Below the pieces are notes generated by a model. It searched no databases. It was not told the DNA's origin and saw only the letters and a program-made list of their open reading frames with translations. A DNA stretch of 64,000 nucleotides from Phoronis australis (lineage: Eukaryota > Animalia > Phoronida): the NCBI GenBank assembly GCA_002633005.1, contig NMRA01000501.1, positions 124,001-188,000 of the forward strand, read 5' to 3'. A program made the position numbers and the translations under genes. Below, one piece after another: positions 12,301-22,850 of the stretch. Position 1 is the stretch's first letter; each line of letters opens with the position of its first letter.

Positions 12301-14671
12301 GGTGGAACCGTCACAGTACTTAAGAACATGAGTCACCAAATAGGCAATGAACTGGATGAACAAGCCATGTAAGTTGGCGGGGCTTCACAAGTGGGTGTGG
12401 CATCATTAAAGCTGCTCATGTGGGCGGGGCTTCCCAAGTGGGAGTGAACACATTTAGCTGCTGAGTACCAACATTCTACCTGAAAATTCCTTTTAAATTT
12501 TAGAGCTCTTGTTGATGTAGAAGTGACCTCAGCTTGTTCCTTATTCGAATTAGAATTGGATTTCCATGCTTTGATGAACTGCCCATTGGTTGTCGCTTAA
12601 GATCAGACTTAGCAAGATCACTTCGTGAGCCGAAAGCAATATTACTGGCCAAATTGACTGGATGCTAAACCAAACGTTAGATGTAGTGGTATGTGGTGCG
12701 CTAATCTCCTCGTTATCACTGTAGTTCCTAGAACAATCACTATGTGTCAGGTGTGTGTTTATCAGTCATGTTGTAGTTCCTAGAACTACCACTATGTGTG
12801 TTGATGTTTTAGTTCCTAGAACAACTGCTGTGTGTCAGATGTGTATTGATCAACGCCATGTTGTAGTTCCTGGAACAAGCACCATGAGTCTCCTTTTGTT
12901 GTAGCATGTTGGACGACTTCGCTGTGGAGATGGATCAGACAGAGTCCAAGTTAGATGCCACCATGAAAAAAATGGCCAAAGTTTTACACATGTCAAATGG
13001 TTTGTACCTTTCATAAGTTTGGATATGTTATTTGTGGTGTGCAATATGTAAAAATAGCCCAAACATGAATTAACTTGCACTCTTGCAAACAATACCAGAT
13101 TTAAAACGCTATAGATTTCAGACATTTCATTTGGTAACTTAAAACATGTGGAGTGGAAAGTCACTCGAAAACAGTGAACAATCCGGAACTCTGGTCCAGA
13201 CTCATGCCAGTTTTTTGTTACCTGTCTCCGTTTCATCTTGTGTTGGTCATTGTAGTGTCCAATCATTCCTTTGTGTTCACCTTCAGTTGTTGGTGTGTGG
13301 TTTCCCATTGACCATGTTTTTATTACGTTTAATAAACGAAGCGTCTGAACTGTATGTAGTGGTGTAAATATAACAACCTTTGCAAAAGGGCATTTGTTTT
13401 CTTATGTTGATTTGGCCTAAAACCAGAATTGTGTATTAATGTTATTTTGGATGCTGAAACATCGTTTATTATCTTAGTAATCACAACAGAAGTGTTTGCT
13501 GAAAAAGTTATCATGTTGAACTGATGGTTGCTATTGGTCGTCACTCATGTAATTTTAATAGGGTGTGTTGGTATATTTCATGCATGGGTGGTTTCAATTA
13601 CACAAAATCTGTTATCAAGTTTTATTTAGCATACTATAGATCAAGGCTTGGAATTTTCTGCGGAAACGCAGATTTCCGCTTTTTTCAAATGTTCTGTCGG
13701 CGTATTTTATTATATTTCGGTGTAAAAAACAAATCTGATTTGATATAAACTTTCCACAGCAAATTTCTTTCTTACTGCGGCGTTGCCGACGACTTTAACC
13801 TCGAAAAGCGGAAGTTGCTCTTTATGTTTTGGAGGAATGTAAATTGTCAACATTGCCGGAGCATCTGGGATAGCGTGGAGGATTTGTTCAATGGCGTCTT
13901 GTGTGAATGTAAACCGTGGTGACAAACTCTACGACTCTGCGGTGGGAGTGGCGGACGAGCAGACGCACGCTTCCGCTGGTGGTACCAGGTTTTTTTTTTA
14001 GTCTTCCCGATTTTTGTCGGCAAAAGGTCCACATAATTTCAAGGCTGGGTGCGCGCATGTTTTGGACTGTAAAAATTTCCGCTTTTCGTGTCATTGGTCA
14101 TTCCAAGTCCTGATAGATGTGGACTAGATGGCAGTTAAATAAAGTTATATAGTGTCTGAAATAGGTCAGATTTTATTATACGTTGATTTGTCCCCTAAAG
14201 GTCTATGTATTGACGGGGTGCATGCTTAGTTCACTCAATAGGCTTGTGCCCAGTATAAATTAACATTTACTACTTGTGCTAGCCGGTAAGTAACACTCTA
14301 TGTTCCTTCCGCTACAAAAATTCTTTACTTATTTGCACAAAAAATAATAGCCAAATTGTCATTTTCCATTTTTCACAGCAAATAATAAACATTTTGTTTC
14401 ATGGCATCTGCAAAGTATAAACCATGCCTGTAATAGACTAACAATTTTTATTCTTTGTTTTTGTGGAAAAATGAACAGAAAGAATTTCATTTTGTCTGCT
14501 AAATAAGTGGAGAATTATTGTAATATCAAATCTACTCTTAACTATTTGAAACACCCTGTATAATATTGACAGTCACGTTTTGTGTTTGTTTTAGACAAGC
14601 GACAGTGGTGTGCAATAGGTGTCCTCATCGTCGTACTCATCATCATCATCATACTGTTTGCCGTCATCTGA
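9344..14671 (+). CDS. STX6: Syntaxin-6 (Qc-SNARE), 7 exons: 9344-9378, 10200-10369, 10704-10798, 11507-11680, 12262-12368, 12905-12999, 14595-14671
   Basis: All introns are GT-AG with compatible phases. Protein reads MSLEDPFFVVRDEV...[38 protein letters not shown]..., SNARE motif [36 protein letters not shown]...LDATMKKMAKVLHMSNDKRQW, and C-terminal TM CAIGVLIVVLIIIIILFAVI-stop. Confidence 0.97.
10631..10691. repeat. Tandem duplication (~34-bp unit x2) just upstream of STX6 exon 3 acceptor
   Basis: GTGTTCTGTGGTGGACACATTACTGTC occurs twice. Confidence 0.85.
12718..12886. repeat. Degenerate minisatellite (4 units) upstream of STX6 exon 6
   Basis: TAGTTCCT(A/G)GAAC...C..TG occurs four times. 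Confidence 0.75.
13642..14112. mobile_element. Non-autonomous DNA transposon in STX6 intron 6 (6-bp TSD)
   Basis: Termini CAAGGCTTGGAAT / ATTCCAAGTCCTG; ATAGAT duplicated at 13636-13641 and 14113-14118. Confidence 0.75.
14532..14560 (-). mobile_element. Tc1/mariner-type terminal repeat remnant
   Basis: Reverse complement reads TA|CAGGGTGTTTCAAA, a typical Tc1/mariner end; partner end not located. Confidence 0.4.
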
Positions 14672-15190
14672 TTGGCTGCCTCGTGGTAAAGGTCGAAGGT
14701 CAATTGTTCCTGTTAGCAAACAGACAGGACTTAATAGTGAGAATCTGTAAACATTGTTGCCAGAGACTGAACCCTGGCCTGACCCAAAGAAACCGTAGTG
14801 TTTGCCTCAGAAGTCATGGCTTGTGGTGACTCGGGCCAACTAAAGGCCCAGTTTGATGCGGCTTATGCATTAAGTTTAACTTCAAGTTGATGAATGGGCA
14901 AAAAGAGTGTGTCCAGTCAGTGGTGACCTCTTTTGGATATTTGATTTTTACAGACTGGTCATGAGTAAAATCTAGTCAGAGGGAAACAAATGAAACAAAT
15001 TTTGGCCTAAGATATAGAAAATGTCCTCATATGATCTTAGAATTGGCTTATCAAAGATGTTCAGGAAATTGATAAGAAAATTGTGAAAGGCTGTGTAGTG
15101 TTCCATCTTTAGCTCAACTGCGACTTTATCATGAAGTGCTGTTCAGTTGTGAGTTTCACCTGTACAGTGACTGTTAGATAATTCACTGTG

Positions 15191-15416
15191 AAAAATTAAT
15201 TGCAGGCGAGTCTGGTACACGCACTAGACATGCACAGATGAACCCCTTGCTTTGATCACGTGAAACCATTTTTGTGCTTTATTGATGTTTAGTTAAAACC
15301 AAGCTGAGGAGCTAGAGACATGACTCAAGGGTCTAGCAGTGCGCCCCATTGGAAGTCGAACCCACGACCTTCTGTAAGGACACGTACACTTATCCCTCTA
15401 GGCCACAGTGCCTCCA
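15191..15416 (-). mobile_element. SINE copy downstream of STX6 stop (possibly in 3' UTR)
   Basis: Colinear with the SINE consensus from tRNA head to T-rich tail. Confidence 0.75.
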
Positions 15417-17255
15417 TGTGATTCACAGTAGCCTGTATATTAGAAATTGCTAGTCAGTTACTGTCCTTCCCACATAGACAAACAGACAAAACTGTGGCTG
15501 TGAATGTCACTCAAAATTCATTTTTGCTAGTACATGTGTGTACTATGCAATATATTTAACTTCAGTGACTTGACATCCGCGCAACAGTTTTATTTTGTTG
15601 TCAAATCTAATTGCAGTTAACAATTAATCATGTAATATCAAACACAGTTTGTGGTGCAATTTTTGAAAGTTTTACTCATGACTGGTTTTGATGACCAAGT
15701 CATATAGGTAGTGTAGGTTTCACGCTATAGATGGAGTGCCGAGCATATGCATGAAAGTTCATATTTATGTTATGTCGAAGACGAAAACTTTGTGTGGCTC
15801 ATCTTGTTAATTATTTAAAATGTCTGGATTACACGCAATAACTAAACTACAAATGCCAGCAAAATGGCTGCTGTGTATTCGGTTGTTCTCTAGTTGCTTG
15901 GATCAAGTCTATCAACTGATCAGTTGGAAGTTGTGAGAAATGTTGATAATTTTGTAAATATTGTTATTTGTCGTTGTCTTGGAGATCAGTTTGTGGACCT
16001 GTGGTGTGAGGGGGTTTGTGTGCCCAGTGTTCCTCCTCTGAATGGTGACACATATCATTTGAAAACAACGAACCAGGGTTTGAAATTCACAAAATTGAAA
16101 CTCATATCACTGTAGTAGAAATTTGAACCTCACAAAAGCAGCTCAGGTCATTCCAGAATTCACTCATTAATCTTACAATGACTTATTTTAAATTATACAT
16201 TTTCTGTAATGTATTTCTGTAATGTATCGAAACAGGCTCTAAATTCAAGCGATAGGAGGGTCGCCCAAATCCCCCAGTGTAAGGAGACAAAATCTTTGAT
16301 CGGTAATTGATCGTTTGCTTTGGCACCCTTGACGATCCAACAGAGTTCCACCCTCTTAAGTCTAATGGATAACCAGGCATGGAAACAAACTACTGCTCTA
16401 GGGAAGCAATTCAAAACCTTTAGTTCCATACATGGGAATAAGTCGGATGTTTGTATGAGTCTCCTCCGTTATTGAACTTTTCAAGTGCCATGGCCCCTGA
16501 TTTGAATTATTTGTGCGTCATGATTTCAGCCGTCACTAACATCTTGGTTATTTTGATACGGCTTCATTGAAGCTATGAAAATACCCGGATGGACTACTGC
16601 TGGTGCCGTCCCACGTGGCGTGTTCCATCTGTTTCATTATAGAAGCCTGTCCTGCTTGTATTTTTGCAGATGGAGGTTTGTTTGGATCCAATTTCTCCCA
16701 CGTTCATAGACATGGGCCGTTTAATGGGGCCAGATCCGCATTATTTATAAAAACATGTTTTGAATTGTATGTAGACAACCACCGTTATTGAATTGGTTTC
16801 AAATCGCTCCTTAGTTGAAACGAGGCATTTTTGGGGTTGAAAAGAACCGACAATTCGCTTTTGCTTGAGACCAGACTCTACACGTTGACTTGTCTTGTCA
16901 GGAATTGACATTTTACTGGTCAAGCCTGGACTCCAGAATAACGGACTGTCTGTTGGACCAAACGTCTGTGTAATAAGAACGTTGTGACCGCACTGGGTGG
17001 TCTATATCAAAATTTAGTCCCTTCCATGTAACACTGGTTTATTTATATCAGGTATTATTATTATTTGTCATGTTCATTGTTTAAAGTATTAATTGTGTAT
17101 AACTTGTACGTTTTCATTGAAAAAAACAGTTGAATTTTTCTATTCGTAGTTAATTTGTGTCTCGATTGAAATGCACAAGTTTTGTGGTGCTTGATTGGGA
17201 ACTAGTTTTGTACAAAGTGATACAAGTTTTTCCTTGGCATCCTGAGGGCCCCCTT

Positions 17256-17495
17256 TTAAAAAATAATTGCAGGTGGTCTGATACACGTTGTATCAGACGT
17301 GCGCAGGCCTCGCATGTGGGCCCATTGCACTGATCACCTGGAAATATTTTTATGCTTTATTGATATATGGTTAAAACCGAGCTGAGGAGCTAGAACCCGG
17401 CTCAAGGGTTTAGCAGTGTGACCTGGTGGGACTTGAACCCACGACCTCGAGTAAAGAAAGCGGGCACTTATCAACCAGGCCACACTGCCTCCTCT
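17256..17495 (-). mobile_element. Full-length tRNA-derived SINE
   Basis: A box TGGCCTGGTTG, B box GGTTCAAGTCC; perfect 13-bp TSD TGAGGGCCCCCTT at 17243-17255 and 17496-17508. Confidence 0.9.
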
Positions 17496-18347
17496 TGAGG
17501 GCCCCCTTGGAAAGCAGTGAAAATTGATGGGGCTACCCTCATTGTAAATATTACAATAATAGTAATGAAAAAAATATGTAAACTTCCCCAAGCGACTTTC
17601 CCGGATTCTTGTGGCACAAATAGGAGAAGAGGGAACCCTTAAGTTTGGGAACCGCCGCTAATAATGTGAGCAATCACTATTATCAATTATACAGTACACT
17701 AATGTCGGGAGGAAATATTTTATCGAATGATGCGGGGCCCAGTGGCCGGTTGCATGAAACAGTCCCAAATAGGGGCTCAATTTAAGTCCCTTAGTCTTCT
17801 TCCGTATTTGTGTCTTTATGGACTCGCAGATGCAATCATTTCATCTTTATTACGAGCTCCTCTTTGATTAATGACATTTTTTGATAATATAACTCAAAAC
17901 TGAGCCCAGAGTTCATTGAAAATAAGTAAGGACTTAGTCTTTAAATTGGGGGTATTGCATGAAAAGATCCGTACTTGTTTTCGACAAAATTGACAATTTA
18001 ACGTAGCGTTCACTTTCCACTTGTATCAAAGTCGAAAGCTGACTTAATAAGAAAGTAAAACGATACAAGAAATGGCAACCGATGTTTTCACAAGTACAAA
18101 AATACACAGTAGATTTAGCGAATTTTGTCGAGTCCCTCTTTTGGACTGTTTCACGCAACCGGTCACAGATCTCTAGAATATGACAAAGGGCTGCAAGTCG
18201 CCCAGTGGTATTATAGTTCATACGTCAGCCATCCGGTGACGTCTCCAAGCCGTCCTACAATACATGTATATAACTATACAGCAGATGTCCCTGGCGGTGG
18301 TGATCGGTACTAATCGTCACACTGACGCTGTTAGTAACTCATTGCAG

Positions 18348-18583
18348 GGGCCCGTTCCAACAAAACTGACTTAGCTAAGACAAATTTTAGTAAATTTTAA
18401 GATGGAACTTAAATTTGTCTCGATACCGTTTCAAGAAAGAGATCTCAAGTTTGAATTAAGTATTCGATAAAAAAATTGTCTTAATTTTAACTATCTTACC
18501 GGATGTGGACGTTTCAAAGTATTGAAGTTAAGACAGATCTTAAACTTAAGTAAAAAATGAACTCAGTTTCTTGGAACGGACCC
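18348..18583. mobile_element. PIF/Harbinger-like MITE (copies 20596-20835 and ~50901-51148)
   Basis: GGGCCCGTTCCAA...TTGGAACGGACCC termini flanked by CAG/CAG, a CWG-type 3-bp TSD. Confidence 0.75.
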
Positions 18584-19544
18584 CAGGACTCTCGTACACT
18601 GCAGCACTAATAAGTGAAGGGTTCGTCAAAATTCTTTCGACTTAAAATTATACTGCACAAGCACCATGCCCACGTAATTATGAGAGTGAACTTTATTCTG
18701 AGAGTTGAGGGGCACATATACACCGGTACATGAAGCCTGTCTGCTCCTGCCTTCGTTCGTAACTTGGCATCTTTATTTATTACTTGTTACATTCATTATT
18801 AATTTGCTCAAGATTCATAAGTGTTACTCGCAACGCCTGTCTTAAAGCGACATTAAACCCGTGCCTTCATTTGTGTCGAAAACGAAGTTTTTACTTTGAC
18901 TCTTACCGTTATCAAAACGGTCGAAATATTCCTAAATCAGGTGAGCCGCTCGTTATTTCTTCAGATAAAACTCATAAAATTTTACTTAATCGAGCTTTGT
19001 TTGAAGAAATCGACACTCCTGAGTAAAGATCAATATGATAACGGTGTCCCAACTAAATCAAAACTTTCTTGGTTGAAGGCGCTGCTACAAGCCAGTGGAG
19101 AATTCCTTTTGCGTTAAAGAAAAGGCGTCAAAAAACGTGACTTCGGCGACCGTCTAAGCTACAACTGAACTTGTGACGACCCTTGATAAAACGGGACCCA
19201 ATCACCTGGTGGCGAGGGCTGTCTCGTCCTTAGCCTATGTACAGTCGGCTCGCCTTTTGAGCTATTTACGAAATCAACATTTCGCCAGTCCGTCGGCTAC
19301 TGAAAAAAATGGATGAGAAAGCAGTGAGGTTGCAGAAGTTACCCAACGCATACATGGTTGCTTAATGGCATTCTTTTTGATGCCCGACATTGCAATTAAG
19401 ATAATGCCCATATGTTTAAAAACTCAGTAAGGTATCTAGACTGACCGGAGTAAGTGCGCTAGTGCATGTTGGGCACGCAGTAAATGATACAAATTAAATT
19501 GGGTGACCTCATCTCTGGTGCAATAAATAGGACCGCGCACACAG

Positions 19545-19918
19545 NNNNNNNNNNNNNNNNNNNNNNNNNNNNNNNNNNNNNNNNNNNNNNNNNNNNNNNN
19601 NNNNNNNNNNNNNNNNNNNNNNNNNNNNNNNNNNNNNNNNNNNNNNNNNNNNNNNNNNNNNNNNNNNNNNNNNNNNNNNNNNNNNNNNNNNNNNNNNNNN
19701 NNNNNNNNNNNNNNNNNNNNNNNNNNNNNNNNNNNNNNNNNNNNNNNNNNNNNNNNNNNNNNNNNNNNNNNNNNNNNNNNNNNNNNNNNNNNNNNNNNNN
19801 NNNNNNNNNNNNNNNNNNNNNNNNNNNNNNNNNNNNNNNNNNNNNNNNNNNNNNNNNNNNNNNNNNNNNNNNNNNNNNNNNNNNNNNNNNNNNNNNNNNN
19901 NNNNNNNNNNNNNNNNNN
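19545..19918. other. Assembly gap
   Basis: Run of N. Confidence 1.
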
Positions 19919-22143
19919 CCGCCGCTAATAATGTGAGCAATCACTATTGTCAATTATACAGTACACTAATGTCGGGAGGAAATATTTTATCGAATGATGC
20001 AGGGCCCAGTGGCCGGTTGCATGAAACAGTCCCAAATAGGGACTCAATTTAAGTCCCTAAGTCTTCTTCCGTATTTGTGTCTTCATGGACTCGCAGATGC
20101 AATCATTTCATCTTTATTATGAGCTCCTCTTTGATTAATGACATTTTTTGATAATATAACTCAAAACTGAGCCCAGAGTTCATTGAAAATAAGTAAGGAC
20201 TTGGTCCTTAAATTGGGGGTATTGCATGAAAAGATCCCTACTTATTTTCGACAAAATTGACAATTTAACGTAACGTTCACTTTCCACTTGTATCAAAGTC
20301 CAAAGTCGATACAAGAAAGGGCAACCGATGTTTTCACAAATACAAAAATACACAGTAGATTTAGCGAATTTTGTTGAGTCCCTCTTATGGACTGTTTCAC
20401 GCAACCGGTCACAGATCTCTAGAAGATGAGAAAGGGCTGTAAGTCGCCCAGTGGTATAGTTCATACAGTACGTCAGCCGTCCGGTGAAGTCTCCAAGCTT
20501 ACTATATAACTACAGCAGATGTCCCTGGCGGTGGTGATCGGTATTAATCGTCACACTGAAGTTGTTGCTAACACATTGCAGTCTTTAAGGAACAGGGGCC
20601 CGTTCCAACAAAACTGACTTAGCTAAGACAAATCTTAAATTTTAGTAAATTTTAAGATAAAATTTAAATTTGTCTCGATACCGTTTCAAGAAAGAGATCT
20701 CAAGTTTGAATTAAGTATTCGATAAAAAATTGTCTTAATTTTAACTATCTTACCGGATGTGGAAGTTTCAAGGTATGGAATTAAGACAAATCTTAAACTT
20801 AAGTCAAAAATGAACTCAGTTTCTTGGAACGACCCCAGGACTCTCGTACACTGTAGCACTAATAAGTGAAGGGTTCGTCAAAATTCTTTCGACTTAAAAT
20901 TATACTGCACAAGCACCAAGCCCACGTAATTATGAGAGTGAACTTTATTCTGAGAGTTGAGGGGCACGTATACACCGGTACATGAAGCCTGTCTGCTCCT
21001 GCCTTCGTTCGTAACTTGGCATCTTTATTTATTACATTCATTATTAATTTGCTCAAGATTCATAAGTGTTACTCGCAAAGCCTGTCTTAAAGCGACATTA
21101 AACCCGTGCCTTCATTTGTGTCGAAAACGAAGTTTTGACTTGGGCTCTTACCGTTATCAAAACGGTCGAAATATTCCTAAATCAGGTGAGCCGCTCGTTA
21201 TTTCTACAGATAATACTCATAAAATTTTACTTAATCGAGCTTTGTTTGAAGAAATCGACACTCCTGAGTAAAGATCAATATCATAACGGTGTCCCAAATA
21301 AATCAAAACTTCCTTGGCTGAAGGCGCTGCTACAAGCCAGTGGAGAATTCCTTTTGCGTTAAAGAAAAGGCGTCAAAAAAACGTGCCGTCGGCGACCGTC
21401 TAAGCTACAACTGAACTTTTGACGACCCTTGATAAAACGGGACCCAGTCACCTGGTGGCGAGGACTCAGTGTCTCGTCCTTAGCCTATGTACTGTCGGCT
21501 CGCCTTTTGAGCTATTTACGAAATCAACATTTCGCGAGTCCGTCGGCTACTGAAAAAATGGATGAGAAAGCGGGGAGGTTGCAGAAGTTACCAAACGCAT
21601 ACATGGTTGCTTAATGGCATTCTTTTTGATGCCCGACATTGCAATTAAGATAATGCCCATATGTTTAATAAAAACTAAGGTATCTAGACTGACCGGAGTA
21701 AGTGCCGCACTAGCGGCTAGTGCATGTTGGGCACGCAGTAAATGATACAAATTAAACGGGTGACCTCATCTCTGGACCGCGCACACAGCTGATTCTACCA
21801 GTGTACTATAGCTATTTAATGGTACATGTATGACATAATCGTGTTTCACATCAAAACTGTCCAGCGACATAGAACTCGTAAGTCAATAATATGTTAAAAT
21901 TGCAACTGTTCCTGTTATAAAAGACTCTCAGCAACGGATTGAAAGCTGCCAGCTGGATTGGTCTGAGCGGCACTGACCCGATTAACGGTGAACGCCTCCC
22001 TGAGTTTCGCCTGCAGCTGAGTGTGAAAGGGCCAGTTGCCTTGAGGCCTGTGATTTGGCAGCTACATGGAAGGCGAAAATATTTTCGCCTCCTATAGGCT
22101 CTCTGGTTGCCTCGTCCGCCACCCATTTTTACTCGGGCTTCCT

Positions 22144-22321
22144 CAATGGCGGATCCAGTTCGCCGGGGAGGGGGGGGGCGCTATAGGGAGCCATTTTGCC
22201 CCCTAAAATTCTCTATAACATTTGGCAGTTCGAATGTGCGAATGTCTGGCGGGCAAAATTCTGGCTACTACTCTCATGTGTCCTGCCTCCCCACCAACTC
22301 AAAACCCTGGATCCGCCACTG
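22144..22321. mobile_element. MITE of the CAG(G/T)GGCGGATC family upstream of AOX
   Basis: CAATGGCGGATCCAG...CTGGATCCGCCACTG termini. Confidence 0.75.
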
Positions 22322-22598
22322 CTCCGTTCGCCCGCCACCAGACCAGGGACTTAGTCAAAGCGCCGCGCTCTCAGCTCCTCATGCACTCAGACGCAGGCCC
22401 GCTATTGAATTCTTATGATACCTCTACACGGAATACAGGTAGTCAAACGGACTGGGTCATACTGGTTCAAACGTGCGATCTGGGTCAAAATACAAGTACC
22501 TCACTCAAGCACATTTCCATTTTCATGACATCGGAATTTTATGGGTTTTCACGAGGTTACCCTAACCAAGTCGAGTAGGAGTTCGTTCGCCTTTTATC

Positions 22599-22795
22599 AG
22601 GTCAATTCAGTCACGTAGGGAGGTCACTGCACATGCCTACCGTGTTTTTAGTGACGTCATCTTGGGGTCACCATAAGAAAATCGCTTTGTGCTGTCAGAA
22701 ATATGTGCGAGTGGCGAACTGCCGGGAAACGAGGAGAGTTTCATCATGATCACTCTGCGTATATAAGACTTCGCAGATTTGGGATTACATCAGTT
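22599..22795 (+). promoter_or_regulatory. AOX promoter: TATA plus initiator, CRE, HRE-like and nuclear-receptor half sites
   Basis: TATATAA 22760-22766 with TCAGTT Inr 22790-22795 at canonical ~30-bp spacing; TGACGTCA 22652-22659; CACGTA (TACGTG on -) 22612-22617; AGGTCA 22599 and 22621; GGGTCA 22665. Confidence 0.65.
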
Positions 22796-22850
22796 GTCGA
22801 TTTATTTGCAGCGAACGCATGTGAGATATTGTTTTTGTCTTAAGCGTATA

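Larger units (their letters stand above)
17652..21788 (+). repeat. ~1.9-kb direct duplication (17652-19544 and 19919-21788) flanking an N gap
   Basis: Both copies start CCGCCGCTAATAATGTGAG and end GACCGCGCACACAG; colinear with scattered SNPs and indels. Confidence 0.95.

Noticed and set aside
12718-12886. Repeat-spacer-like pattern resembling CRISPR
   Set aside because: Eukaryotic intron, degenerate units, spacers similar to each other, no cas genes.
17400-17495. tRNA-like A/B boxes (also 57293, ~44090, ~54945)
   Set aside because: They are SINE heads with body, tail and TSDs; no complete cloverleaf, so not tRNA genes.
18784-19117. ORFs repeated at 20957-21362
   Set aside because: Recurrence reflects the duplicated segment; an indel between copies breaks the frame and no domain is recognisable.
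19459-19953. Long ORFs across this gap and the 48212-48426 gap
   Set aside because: Artifacts of N runs.
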